Positions 19,915 to 29,756 of a DNA stretch of 64,000 bases are shown piece after piece (the first letter of the stretch is position 1; the number at the start of each line of letters is the position of its first letter). Both the position numbers and the translations under genes were made by a program. Source of the stretch: Omnitrophica WOR_2 bacterium RIFOXYA2_FULL_38_17 (lineage in GTDB: Bacteria > Omnitrophota > Gorgyraeia > Zapsychrales > Zapsychraceae); contig MHHG01000057.1 in the NCBI GenBank assembly GCA_001805965.1, positions 85,975 to 149,974 on the forward strand. Direction: 5' to 3'. Under the pieces are notes generated by a model. The model ran no database searches, had not been told where the DNA came from, and worked only from the letters and a program-made list of their open reading frames with translations.

Positions 19915-20814
19915 TTACTTGACCTCCTCCCACTTTGCCTCTTTTAATAAATATTCCATAACCTTCAAAGGCAGATTCCCGCCCTCACTTATCTCAATTT
20001 TCTCTCTATTTGCAATTTCATCCAATATAAAATAAACCTTTATATCCTTCTCAACAGCTTCACTTAAATCCTTGCGAACACTTTCCTCTTTTTTCTTCAG
20101 GTCCTCAGCACTCATGCCTTGCTTTTTCAGCCTCTCCATCATTTCATTAACGCGCTGCTCCAGGTGTTTTTTTACAAGTCCTTTAGGAGTTGCTAATTTC
20201 GCTTTTTTCAATAAAGCATCAACAATTTGATTCTCAACATCTAGCTTGTTCGATCTGTCCTTATCTGCCTCCATTTGACGTGATAAAGATTTCTTGAACT
20301 CTTCTAGGCTTGGATATCCCAAACCTTTAGCAAAGGCATCGTCAATAGTAAGCTCTTTATCTTTTCCCTGGCCTTGCTTGAAATAATCCAATGTCTTATT
20401 CAGCTCTTCATCAGAAACTTTATTGCTTTTTCTTTTTACTTTTATGCCGACATAATCGTTATCTTTTATGCTTACTTCCGGCTTAAGCTCAATGGTCGCT
20501 TTAAAAGCAACCTTGCCGTCCTTAAAAGAAACATCTTCAATGTCCGGCATATCGATCGGATGAAGCTGTTCTTTATCAACGCCTTCCTGATATACCTCTG
20601 GTATTAACTTCTTAACAACCTCCTCCTTTGCTGTCGGGCCATATTGTGACTCCAAAAGATGCCTGGGGATTTTTCCTTTTCTAAATCCCTTTACTTTTGC
20701 GATTTTACCAATTTCTAAATATACTCCCTCTAATGCCTTAGAAACTCTTTCTTTTGAAACTTCAAATCTCAATTCCCTTTTAATTGAATCAATTTTCTTA
20801 ACTTCTACTTTCAT
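19915..20814 (-). CDS. tig: Trigger factor, short form lacking the FKBP PPIase domain
   Basis: N-terminal ribosome-binding signature GFRKGKIP. Only 299 aa. tig-clpP synteny. Confidence 0.7.
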   Translation of the reverse strand: MKVEVKKIDSIKRELRFEVSKERVSKALEGVYLEIGKIAKVKGFRKGKIPRHLLESQYGPTAKEEVVKKLIPEVYQEGVDKEQLHPIDMPDIEDVSFKDGKVAFKATIELKPEVSIKDNDYVGIKVKRKSNKVSDEELNKTLDYFKQGQGKDKELTIDDAFAKGLGYPSLEEFKKSLSRQMEADKDRSNKLDVENQIVDALLKKAKLATPKGLVKKHLEQRVNEMMERLKKQGMSAEDLKKKEESVRKDLSEAVEKDIKVYFILDEIANREKIEISEGGNLPLKVMEYLLKEAKWEEVK

Positions 20815-20935
20815 AATTCTTTTTTTCTCCCTCTATTTCGCTTTTACAAAACACTCATAATGAGCATCCCTATCCAATAAGACAATAATATGCTATTTAA
20901 ACCCTAATTCCTTTATCCTAATCCGGAATTATGGT

Positions 20936-21667
20936 CTACATGGTAAACTTTTCACCTAAATAGATTTTTCTTGCTTCTGGATCATTAATAAGATCATCAG
21001 CCGATCCCGAGACCAATATCCTTCCATCAGCAATCAAATATGCCCTGTCAGTAATGGATAAAGTTTCTCTAACATTATGATCGGTCAATAATATTCCTAA
21101 ACCTCTGGCTTTGAGGTCTTTGATTATTTCTTGCGCTTCTGCAACAACAATCGGGTCAATCCCGGAAAAAGGCTCGTCTAAAAGCAAAAACGATGGATTT
21201 GTGACCAAAGCTCTTGTTATCTCTAACCGGCGCCTTTCTCCTCCTGATAAAGTATAAGCCTTGCTCTTTGCTAAATGAGCAATATTCAATTCTTCAAGCA
21301 AAGATTTCAATCTCTTTCTTCTTTCAGTCGGACTGATATTTAAAGTCTCAAGTATCGCTAAAATGTTCTCTTCAACAGTAAGCTTTCTAAAAATAGATGC
21401 TTCCTGCGCCAGATAACCAATTCCTAGCCGACAACGTTCATGAATTGTCTTTTTTGTAATATCCTCATTATCAAAAATGATCTGCCCATCATTAGGTTTA
21501 ATAATGCCAACAGCCATATAAAACGTTGTTGTTTTGCCAGCCCCGTTAGGCCCTAAAAGCCCAACAATCTCAGAACGTCCGACAGAAATACTAAGGCCGT
21601 CTACAACCCTACGGCTTCCGTACGTCTTAACGATATTTTTAGTTTCCAAAAGTTGCAATTCCGCCAT
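20936..21667 (-). CDS. lptB: LPS export ABC transporter ATP-binding protein LptB
   Basis: Walker A GPNGAGKTTTF, ABC signature LSGGERRRLEI, Walker B LLLDEP. Lies immediately downstream of an OstA-like periplasmic protein and the kds genes. Confidence 0.85.
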   Translation of the reverse strand: MAELQLLETKNIVKTYGSRRVVDGLSISVGRSEIVGLLGPNGAGKTTTFYMAVGIIKPNDGQIIFDNEDITKKTIHERCRLGIGYLAQEASIFRKLTVEENILAILETLNISPTERRKRLKSLLEELNIAHLAKSKAYTLSGGERRRLEITRALVTNPSFLLLDEPFSGIDPIVVAEAQEIIKDLKARGLGILLTDHNVRETLSITDRAYLIADGRILVSGSADDLINDPEARKIYLGEKFTM

Positions 21668-22463
21668 CCCCTTCCGTCAATAAGATCAATTTGGGCCTGC
21701 CAGTAAGAATCAACTTCTGCTCTGCCGCATTATACTCAGCTCTATCAGCATAAGTCATATTTTCACCTTGAACGACCTCTACATTCCCGATGCAAAATAT
21801 TTTCTTAATAGTGCTGCTTTTTGCATCAAAATATATTTCCATTTTATCCGCCTTGAGTGTCTGGTCACCTTGAACAGCTCTAACATTATCATTAAAAACA
21901 GCGTAAGATTCAGCTTGATTGATAACCATGGGCCCATCAGATGTAATAATTACTTTTTCACTTCCTTTCTTCTCATCTTTTTCAGTATCCACCATTACAG
22001 TAACATCCTGCAATATCTCTGCGTCTTTTGAAGTAGGGTGAGCTTTCAATCCAGTTCCGGTTATCATAACACCTTCATCAGATATCATGACGTCATCATC
22101 AGTTGTGATCAAATCTTCATTTCTATTCCAATTGAGGGAATCAGTTAACATTTGCCCGCCATTTGGGTGCGTAATGGCAACATCTTTACTCAAATTCATG
22201 TTGCCATTTTCTTGGTCAATAACGCCTTTATCAGCCACAACATTAATTTTTTCGTTATCATATATATCAGCATTAACATTAGTCAGCTCTATTTTACTTC
22301 CCATTATATTGGCAGTATCACCGCTCACTTCCCATGATTTTTGGCCATTATCTTTATATCCTTCAAGGTTAAATCCCTGAAATTTTTGTTCAGAATCTTG
22401 GGAAAAAGAATTAGCTGCCCCTAATAGAAACAAAACAGAAGCTAGTAATATGATTTTTTTCAT
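21639..22463 (-). CDS. lptA: LptA-like periplasmic LPS transport protein (OstA N-terminal family), unusually long
   Basis: Cleavable signal peptide and a beta-jellyroll OstA-like repeat composition. Position between kdsC and lptB. No separate lptC. Confidence 0.6.
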   Translation of the reverse strand: MKKIILLASVLFLLGAANSFSQDSEQKFQGFNLEGYKDNGQKSWEVSGDTANIMGSKIELTNVNADIYDNEKINVVADKGVIDQENGNMNLSKDVAITHPNGGQMLTDSLNWNRNEDLITTDDDVMISDEGVMITGTGLKAHPTSKDAEILQDVTVMVDTEKDEKKGSEKVIITSDGPMVINQAESYAVFNDNVRAVQGDQTLKADKMEIYFDAKSSTIKKIFCIGNVEVVQGENMTYADRAEYNAAEQKLILTGRPKLILLTEGDGGIATFGN

Positions 22464-22483
22464 AAATTATTATCCAATACGGG

Positions 22484-23008
22484 TTAAGATTCCCTGTTTA
22501 AGAGCTGTTTCCACTTCCCTTGAGTTTTAAGTATCAACTCAACAACTTCCCTAATTGCGCCCTTGCCACCTTGTTTTCTTGTAACATAATCTGCGACTTT
22601 TTTTACTTCAGAAGCGGCATTTTTAACAGCAACCGCGAACCCAACTTTTTCCAACAAAGCGATGTCAGGTATATCATCCCCTACAAAACAAACTTCTTCT
22701 GAAGACACATTAAGCTCTTTAAGCATTATATTATAAGCTTCCGTCTTAGGATAAGCATCCTGAAACACTTTATCTATCTTTAAATCCGCTGCTCTTGAAG
22801 TTACAGCGCCAGCTGACCTTGCTGAAATAATAGCCGTTTTGATCCCTGCCCTTCTGATCAATGCAACACCATACCCATCCTGGACATCAAAGAACTTCAA
22901 TTCATTGCCGCTATGGTCCAAAACGATCTTCCCGTTAGTCAAAACACCATCTACATCCATTGCCAAAACTTTAATTTTCTTTATCTTGCCTTTCAATTTA
23001 TCTGTCAT
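22484..23008 (-). CDS. kdsC: KDO 8-phosphate phosphatase (HAD-IIIA)
   Basis: HAD motifs (LAMDVDGVLT; GDDIPD). 174 aa. kdsD-kdsC-lptA-lptB synteny. Confidence 0.85.
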   Translation of the reverse strand: MTDKLKGKIKKIKVLAMDVDGVLTNGKIVLDHSGNELKFFDVQDGYGVALIRRAGIKTAIISARSAGAVTSRAADLKIDKVFQDAYPKTEAYNIMLKELNVSSEEVCFVGDDIPDIALLEKVGFAVAVKNAASEVKKVADYVTRKQGGKGAIREVVELILKTQGKWKQLLNRES

Positions 23009-23964
23009 ACCAAACCAGCCTTTAAAAGGTCTTGAACATCCAGCAATCCAACCAATTTACCTTTATTGTCTACAACCGGAAGCTCATCAATCTTTTTCTC
23101 TTGCAGGAGCCTTAAAGCTTCCTGTGCTAACCTGTCTTTTGATATAGTCGTTGGATTTTTTGTCATAACATCCTTCACTTTCCTATCAAGCAGATGGTTG
23201 TCAGTTTCAAGTTGCCTTCTAAGATCCCCGTCAGTAAAGATCCCGACAAATTTTCCTCTTTTATTTAAAACACAGGCTGACCCGCATCTAGCCTTTGTAA
23301 TGGCCAGAAGAACTTTTTTTACCGGGGCATCTTCTTCAATTGTTGCAAACCTAACACCTTTTCTCATGATATCTTCAACTTTTAGCAACAGCATTCTGCC
23401 CAAAGATCCTCCTGGATGATAAAAAGCAAAATCTTCCCGTCTAAAACCTTTTTTAACTATCAAGCAAGCGGCTAAAGCATCTCCCATAGCAAGAGTTGCT
23501 GTCGTTGAGGCCATAGGGGCCAGTTCAAGAGGGCACCCTTCTTTCTTAACAGAAACATCCAGATCAATGTCGCTGAACTTCGCTAAAGTTGATTTTGGAT
23601 TGCCGGTAATTGCAATTATTTTGGAGCCTATTTTCCTCATCAACGGCAGTAATTTCTTTGTTTCATCAGTTTCGCCGCTATAAGATATAATGATCAAAAT
23701 ATCATTTCTGGTCACCTGTCCTAGATCTCCATGGAACGCCTCAGCACAGTGCATCCAAATACTTGGGGTTCCTGTTGAGGACAATGTTGCGGCAATTTTC
23801 CTTCCAATAATACCTGTTTTCCCCATTCCCGCTACGATAACCCTGCCCTTGCATTTAGATATAAGCTCTACTGCTTTTTCAAATTTACTATTGATCCTCG
23901 ATGCCAGGCTCTTTATCGCCTCTGCTTCAATTCTTATTACCTCTTTTGCTTCTTTTAAAGACAT
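23005..23964 (-). CDS. kdsD: Arabinose-5-phosphate isomerase (SIS + tandem CBS domains)
   Basis: SIS domain (GRVIVAGMGKTG) plus a C-terminal CBS pair. 319 aa. Confidence 0.85.
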   Translation of the reverse strand: MSLKEAKEVIRIEAEAIKSLASRINSKFEKAVELISKCKGRVIVAGMGKTGIIGRKIAATLSSTGTPSIWMHCAEAFHGDLGQVTRNDILIIISYSGETDETKKLLPLMRKIGSKIIAITGNPKSTLAKFSDIDLDVSVKKEGCPLELAPMASTTATLAMGDALAACLIVKKGFRREDFAFYHPGGSLGRMLLLKVEDIMRKGVRFATIEEDAPVKKVLLAITKARCGSACVLNKRGKFVGIFTDGDLRRQLETDNHLLDRKVKDVMTKNPTTISKDRLAQEALRLLQEKKIDELPVVDNKGKLVGLLDVQDLLKAGLV

Positions 23965-23973
23965 TCTTTTCCC

Positions 23974-24810
23974 TCAGCTAATTTTATCTTTGATTATTTT
24001 GTCAATTGATCTCATCTCAACCAACATTTTCTCAAGCTTACTGAGCTTCAGTGAATTGGGACCATCAGACAATGCTTTTTCAGGGTCATGATGAACTTCC
24101 ATAAAGATCGAATCACATCCTGCCGCCAGAGCACATCTAGATAAAAGCGGGACATATTCACTGTTGCCCCCTGAACAATCACCCATACCACCCGGTTGCT
24201 GAACGCTATGAGTCGCATCAAAAACTATCGGATATCCAAACCTGGACATAATATCTAATGAGCGAAAATCACTAACCAGGTTATTATATCCAAAACTAAC
24301 TCCACGTTCAGTAAGAAGAATCTTCTTATTACCCGTGGACTCGATCTTGATTATTATATTTTTCATGTCCCCTGGCGCAAGGAACTGTCCTTTTTTAACA
24401 TTAACTACTTTTTCTGATCTGCCGGCAGCAACAATAAGGTCTGTTTGCCTGCATAGAAATGCAGGTATCTGCAAAACATCTAAGACATCATATGCTCGGT
24501 CAATTTCTTCTACTGAATGGACATCGCTCAAAACAGGAACACCTATTTTTTCTTTGATCTCTTTAAGAATATCAAGGCCCTTATCGATCCCTAATCCCCG
24601 AAATGATTTTATAGACGTCCTATTTGCCTTGTCATAACTAGCTTTAAAAATAAAAGGTATGTGCTGCTTAACACATATTTTTTTAATTGAACCTGCCAGA
24701 GCTATCGTCTTCTTCCTGTCCTCAATGACGCACGGACCGGCAATCAGTACAAACGGCTTCCCTCCCCCGACCATTACGTTACCGATTTTTATGACTTTTG
24801 TCTTTATCAT
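23974..24810 (-). CDS. kdsA: 2-dehydro-3-deoxyphosphooctonate aldolase (KDO8P synthase)
   Basis: DAHP/KDO8P synthase fold. 278 aa. Clustered with kdsB, kdsC and kdsD. Confidence 0.85.
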   Translation of the reverse strand: MIKTKVIKIGNVMVGGGKPFVLIAGPCVIEDRKKTIALAGSIKKICVKQHIPFIFKASYDKANRTSIKSFRGLGIDKGLDILKEIKEKIGVPVLSDVHSVEEIDRAYDVLDVLQIPAFLCRQTDLIVAAGRSEKVVNVKKGQFLAPGDMKNIIIKIESTGNKKILLTERGVSFGYNNLVSDFRSLDIMSRFGYPIVFDATHSVQQPGGMGDCSGGNSEYVPLLSRCALAAGCDSIFMEVHHDPEKALSDGPNSLKLSKLEKMLVEMRSIDKIIKDKIS

Positions 24811-24825
24811 GAATAAACCCCTTGC

Positions 24826-25548
24826 TTAACTAAGCAATAATTTTTTAACCTTTTCTAAATCTTTTTTTGTATCAACACCAACCGTTTCAACATCAGTAAG
24901 TATTGTTTTGATCTTATACCCTGCTTCCAATGCCCTTAGCTGCTCCAAACATTCTGAAGCTTCAAGATTAGACTTTGGCAGGTCCTTAAACTCAAGTAAA
25001 AAATGTTTTCTATAAGCATAAATGCCTAAATGCTTATAGCATTTTGCTCCAAGGCCGTCTCTATCATACGGGATCGTGGACCTAGAAAAATACAGCGCAT
25101 TATTTGAGCTATCAATAACAACCTTAACAATATTTGGATCAGAAAGATCCTGCTCTTTATCAATAACCTTAATAACAGTAGCCATTGATGAAGAGCTATC
25201 TTTATCAAGTGCCTCGATCAAACTATCAATAACCTCAGGCTGTATCATTGGTTCATCGCCCTGAATGTTAACAACAATATCACATTCTTCTTTACTTATC
25301 GCTTCTGATATCCTGTCAGTTCCAGATTGATGATCAACAGATGTCATAACCGCCCGGGCACCAAAGCCCCTTGCCACCTTTAAAACTTTTTCATTATCGC
25401 AGGCAATAATAACATCATCCAATTTAGCGCTTTTCTTAACCTGTTCCCAAACAAGCTGTATCATTGGCTTGCCTAATATTTCGGCTAATACTTTCCCTTC
25501 AAATCTTGTAGAGTTCAATCTGGCCGGAATAACACCTATTGCCTTCAT
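24826..25548 (-). CDS. kdsB: 3-deoxy-manno-octulosonate cytidylyltransferase (CMP-KDO synthetase)
   Basis: N-terminal MKAIGVIPARLNSTRFEGK nucleotidyltransferase motif. 240 aa. Confidence 0.85.
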   Translation of the reverse strand: MKAIGVIPARLNSTRFEGKVLAEILGKPMIQLVWEQVKKSAKLDDVIIACDNEKVLKVARGFGARAVMTSVDHQSGTDRISEAISKEECDIVVNIQGDEPMIQPEVIDSLIEALDKDSSSSMATVIKVIDKEQDLSDPNIVKVVIDSSNNALYFSRSTIPYDRDGLGAKCYKHLGIYAYRKHFLLEFKDLPKSNLEASECLEQLRALEAGYKIKTILTDVETVGVDTKKDLEKVKKLLLS

Positions 25549-25563
25549 ATTTATTATTGCCCT

Positions 25564-26586
25564 TTACTTTATTGCTTCCATAAGCTCTTCTTTAGTTACA
25601 GCAACTGCTCCCATCTTTCCAACAACAATTCCTGCTGCAATATTTGAAAGCTCTGCAGCCTGCCTTTTTGTAGCATTAGACGCCAGGCAAAGTGTGAATA
25701 CAGAAATGACAGCATCACCTGCTCCAGTAACATCAAAGACTTCTTGGGCCTTTGTGCTGATAGAATAAGGCTTCTTCTTTCCCTTCTCAAACAAGCGCAT
25801 TCCTCTTTCACCAAGGGTTATCAACAAAGACTCTAAATCCAAAAATTCAAGAAGTTTTTCACCGGCCTTATCAATATCGCTATCCTTTTCAAGCTTATCA
25901 ATATTTATACCGAGGGAACTTCCCCGTTCATGCGTTATCTTTATATTTCTGATCGCATTCTCAGCCTCGCTTTTATTCGGGGTAATAGCAGTTACTTTTT
26001 TATAATAACCAAAATTCTCGACCTTAGGGTCAACAGTAATTATTTTGTTCTTCGCTAACGCTAAGGAACAAAGGCTGTCAATTACTTTAGGAGTAATCAA
26101 CCCTTTACCGTAATCAGAAATAATTATTGCATCATAATTATCTATTCTTTTTTCAATAAAATTTAAAATTTTATTGAAAATTGATCTATCTTTTGACTCT
26201 TTTATATTCTCTCTATCAATTCTAACAATTTGCTGATGTTGTGCAATTATCCTGGTTTTTGTAATAGTTGGGATATTCTTATCAAGAAATACCCCGTTAA
26301 TATCAATATTCTTTCTTTTTAATTCTCGCTTTAATAGCTTTCCATCAAAATCATTACCAATTCTTCCTACCTGAGTTACATTGGCACCCAAAGAACTAAG
26401 ATTTTGCGAAACATTAGCAGCTCCACCTGTTGTATAAAAAGATTTCTCTTCAAGTACTATTGGAACAGGAGCTTCCGGTGAAATCCTAGTTACAGTTCCT
26501 TGAATATATCTGTCAAGGATAATATCCCCAACAACAAGTATGTTTTTTTTATTAAATCTCGATATTATTTTTTTATATATGGACAT
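25564..26586 (-). CDS. hldE: D-glycero-beta-D-manno-heptose 7-phosphate kinase (HldE/RfaE domain I only; PfkB family)
   Basis: PfkB ribokinase-family motifs (GGAANVS; DVTGAGDAVISVF). 340 aa, without the C-terminal adenylyltransferase domain. Confidence 0.75.
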   Translation of the reverse strand: MSIYKKIISRFNKKNILVVGDIILDRYIQGTVTRISPEAPVPIVLEEKSFYTTGGAANVSQNLSSLGANVTQVGRIGNDFDGKLLKRELKRKNIDINGVFLDKNIPTITKTRIIAQHQQIVRIDRENIKESKDRSIFNKILNFIEKRIDNYDAIIISDYGKGLITPKVIDSLCSLALAKNKIITVDPKVENFGYYKKVTAITPNKSEAENAIRNIKITHERGSSLGINIDKLEKDSDIDKAGEKLLEFLDLESLLITLGERGMRLFEKGKKKPYSISTKAQEVFDVTGAGDAVISVFTLCLASNATKRQAAELSNIAAGIVVGKMGAVAVTKEELMEAIK

Positions 26587-26679
26587 TTCTGCAGAAACAA
26601 AACAATAGTTATACTAATAGTTTATATTTATATTATTGGATAAACATGCTCCTGTAGCTCAAAACGAAGGCTGATTCTA

Positions 26680-27750
26680 TCACAGTTTAAATATAGAGTC
26701 AACTGCTTCTAAAACTTGCGGTATTTTAATAATTTCCAGGTATTGTTGGTCACATTCATCGGCTTTTTGAAAGTTAATACCCATCTGCCCTGCAGCATTA
26801 TAAGGGACGCTAACAACAACAGAATTTGCGGATAATGGCCTCCAACACTCTGGATTGATCCCTGGCTCATTTCTTGTAAAAATTGAAACAACTGGCACAC
26901 CAAGAGCTGCAGCAATATGAACAGGGCCCGAATCGTTAGAAACAAGCAAACCGCATCTATTTAGCAAGCTAACTAATTGCCCCACAGTAGTAAAACCTGT
27001 TGCATCAATAATACTCCCTCTTACTAAAGACACAATTTTTTCAGAGATATCCTTAATGCGCGCATCTCCAACAATAACAATTTTACACTTATATCTTTTG
27101 ATAAGCTCCTCAATAAGGCCAGCAAAATACTTATACGGCCACTGTTTTGATGAATCACTTGCACCGGGATGAATCGCTATTATTATATCTTTTTTGAGCA
27201 ATCCTTTACTTTTTAAAAAAGATCCTGCCCATTTTTCAGAAGATTCACTTAGTGAAACTTGCATTTCAAATTTTTCACTATCAATACCTGAAAAATCCAT
27301 ATCTAAGGCTTTTAAAACATCAACACAATACTGGCTTTCATGTTTATTGCCTAAAAACCTCTCATCTTCCAGTGGGTCTGTAAGCAAGAATCCGAATTTT
27401 TTGTTCTTGTACCCTAGCCTGACAGGGATTCCCGCTAAAAAACATGTCAGATTGGCCCTTCTTTTAGTATGGTATACAATTGCCAAATCAAATTTTCTTT
27501 TACAAAGCTCTCTTACAAGCTTAAGATAACCAAAAAGCCCTTTATTTAAACCTTTTCTATCATCAATGATCACTTCATCAATATTTTCATTGTTAATTAT
27601 CAGTTCTTTGGTTTGCGGAGCAACAAGCATTGAAATACTTGAATCAGGCCAGAAATCCTTTAAAAGCTTTATAGCAGGTGTTGTCAAAATGACATCACCT
27701 ATTCTATCTGTTCGAACGATCAATATTTTATTAAATTTTCCTGAAGGCAC
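26680..27750 (-). CDS. GT9-family glycosyltransferase (LPS heptosyltransferase)
   Basis: The GT9 N-terminus ILIVRTDRIGDVILTTPA and the C-terminal VSNDSGPVHIAAALGVPVVSIF motif. Confidence 0.8.
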   Translation of the reverse strand: MPSGKFNKILIVRTDRIGDVILTTPAIKLLKDFWPDSSISMLVAPQTKELIINNENIDEVIIDDRKGLNKGLFGYLKLVRELCKRKFDLAIVYHTKRRANLTCFLAGIPVRLGYKNKKFGFLLTDPLEDERFLGNKHESQYCVDVLKALDMDFSGIDSEKFEMQVSLSESSEKWAGSFLKSKGLLKKDIIIAIHPGASDSSKQWPYKYFAGLIEELIKRYKCKIVIVGDARIKDISEKIVSLVRGSIIDATGFTTVGQLVSLLNRCGLLVSNDSGPVHIAAALGVPVVSIFTRNEPGINPECWRPLSANSVVVSVPYNAAGQMGINFQKADECDQQYLEIIKIPQVLEAVDSIFKL

Positions 27751-28691
27751 TTAATAACATCCTCACTTGAAATACCCATCATACAATTATGTTCAGTTTT
27801 TAATTTAGAATTATTACATTTCTCACAACTTCTGTTATTCCTAAGCGAATAACCATTTTTACCCCAAGGGCCATACTTTTCGACTTGTGTCGGGCCAAAT
27901 AAAGCTAACACTGGAATATCCATATAGCTCGCTAAATGCATAGGAGCACTGTCATTGACAACAGCAAATCGACAATGTAATAGCAATTCGGCAAGCTGAA
28001 CAAGATTTGTCCTCCCGCATAAATTGACCAAATCATGTTCCATAATTTTTGCAATCTCTCGAGCGGCCTCTCTATCCTTATGGTCTCCCACAAAAACGAC
28101 CTTCATATTGCAGTTATTCACTACATGATCTGCTACCTTGGCAAATCCTTCATTGCTCCACCTTTTTGAATCACTTGCCGAAGACGGGGCAACTACAACA
28201 TAATCGTCATCTCCTATTTCATCATACCTAAGATCCACAACACAACTTTTATCCTCATCAGAAATAAACAAAGACTTCTTCGGAGCCTCAACAGGTTCAA
28301 ATTCATACACACTTGATAAACACTTCAAATGCTTGTCTTTCATATGCATACCATCTGATCTTGTTTTAAATATCGAAGTATGGTATTTAGGCGATATTAA
28401 AACCGGCAAAGCTGTATTTCTTAGGTCGATTAAAAGGTCAAAACGCTGCTTGATCAATTCCAATACCCAAGCACCTTGTTTAAGAATTGAATCCTTTTTA
28501 TTATAAACATATATTTTTTTAAATCTTGGATTAGCACATATTACAGATTCGGCTCTTGGGCCAACAACAACAGATATCTCTGCTTCGGGAAAATCTCTTA
28601 TTAGAATATCTATAGTTGGAAAAGTTAACACAACATCTCCAATGTTCGTCAAAGAGACGACTAATATTTTTTTAATTATTTCTTTTTTCAT
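27720..28691 (-). CDS. GT9-family glycosyltransferase (LPS heptosyltransferase)
   Basis: ILVVSLTNIGDVVLTFP and NDSAPMHLASYMDIPVLALFGPT motifs. Confidence 0.8.
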   Translation of the reverse strand: MKKEIIKKILVVSLTNIGDVVLTFPTIDILIRDFPEAEISVVVGPRAESVICANPRFKKIYVYNKKDSILKQGAWVLELIKQRFDLLIDLRNTALPVLISPKYHTSIFKTRSDGMHMKDKHLKCLSSVYEFEPVEAPKKSLFISDEDKSCVVDLRYDEIGDDDYVVVAPSSASDSKRWSNEGFAKVADHVVNNCNMKVVFVGDHKDREAAREIAKIMEHDLVNLCGRTNLVQLAELLLHCRFAVVNDSAPMHLASYMDIPVLALFGPTQVEKYGPWGKNGYSLRNNRSCEKCNNSKLKTEHNCMMGISSEDVIKCLQENLIKY

Positions 28692-28718
28692 TATTTATTA
28701 ACTATATAAAATATCTGA

Positions 28719-29756
28719 TTATTTGCCTTTATCGCTGATTATCTTTACTGCAATTTTAAAAACATCATCAGCTGTTATTGCTTTCATGCAAACATTATCA
28801 TCACAATCCAGCTTATAACAAGGCTGCCGGTTACACTCAATATCTTTTTGAAGGATAACTGCTTTACCTTTACCCTTTGGACCTGTTATTTCGGAACGAG
28901 TAGGCCCAAATATCGCAATAGTATCGGTATTTACACTGTTAGCAATATGCAGAGGCCCAGAATCAGCAGATATCAAGAGCTCAGCCAAACTCATTAAAGA
29001 AATCACCTGTATCAATGTAGTCTTACCAACAAGCACGATCGGTTTTTCTTTTAACTGTTCTACAATGCTTTCAACCAACACAATGTCTGTTGGTGCTCCT
29101 GAGATTATAACTTTAATGCCTTTTTGTTTATATTCTCCAATGAGCTTTTCTATCAGCTCAACAAAATTTTCCTTTGGCCATCGTTTAAGGTCCCAGTTCC
29201 CGCCGCAATTAACAATGATCAATCTATCATTATCTTCAACGCAATTATTCCTAAGAATTGTCATTACGCTTTGTGTAACCTCATTTTTCGGAACTAGAAC
29301 AGTTCTCCTTTCATTCACCTTCACCCCAAACGATTCAATCACATTAAGATAATAATCGCGCCTATGAACATCATTCACTTCTATCCAATCAACTTTATGC
29401 GTTAAAAAAGCTCCTCTTTTCTTTGTGTCATAGCCAATTCTGTTTGGGATCCCTGCAAAATAAACAAACAATGCCCTGGTTAATGATCTGTGCAGAAGAA
29501 ACGCAGCATCAAATTTCTTTTTCCTTAATTCAAGGATCAATTTAATTTTGGCAAAGATACCATTATGAACATTTCCTTCGTCACAAATTATGATCTCATC
29601 CAAGCATTCAATACACTCAAGAACCTCTTTAACCCGAAGAGGTGCCATACAGCTTATTGTAGCTTCAGGATAAGCTTGTTTAAGCGCTTTGAATATTGGC
29701 GATGAGAAGATTACATCCCCCACCCAATTAACATTAACCACTAATATTTTTTTCAT
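28719..29756 (-). CDS. GT9-family glycosyltransferase (LPS heptosyltransferase)
   Basis: ILVVNVNWVGDVIFSSP and SADSGPLHIANSVNTDTIAIFGPT motifs. Confidence 0.8.
   Translation of the reverse strand: MKKILVVNVNWVGDVIFSSPIFKALKQAYPEATISCMAPLRVKEVLECIECLDEIIICDEGNVHNGIFAKIKLILELRKKKFDAAFLLHRSLTRALFVYFAGIPNRIGYDTKKRGAFLTHKVDWIEVNDVHRRDYYLNVIESFGVKVNERRTVLVPKNEVTQSVMTILRNNCVEDNDRLIIVNCGGNWDLKRWPKENFVELIEKLIGEYKQKGIKVIISGAPTDIVLVESIVEQLKEKPIVLVGKTTLIQVISLMSLAELLISADSGPLHIANSVNTDTIAIFGPTRSEITGPKGKGKAVILQKDIECNRQPCYKLDCDDNVCMKAITADDVFKIAVKIISDKGK

Noticed and set aside
25026-25208. Small minus-strand ORFs overlapping larger genes in other frames (also 25596-25814, 26709-26945, 38863-39090, 2638-2883, 5045-5254)
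   Set aside because: Each lies entirely inside a well-supported longer CDS on the same strand in a different frame. They have no independent signal.
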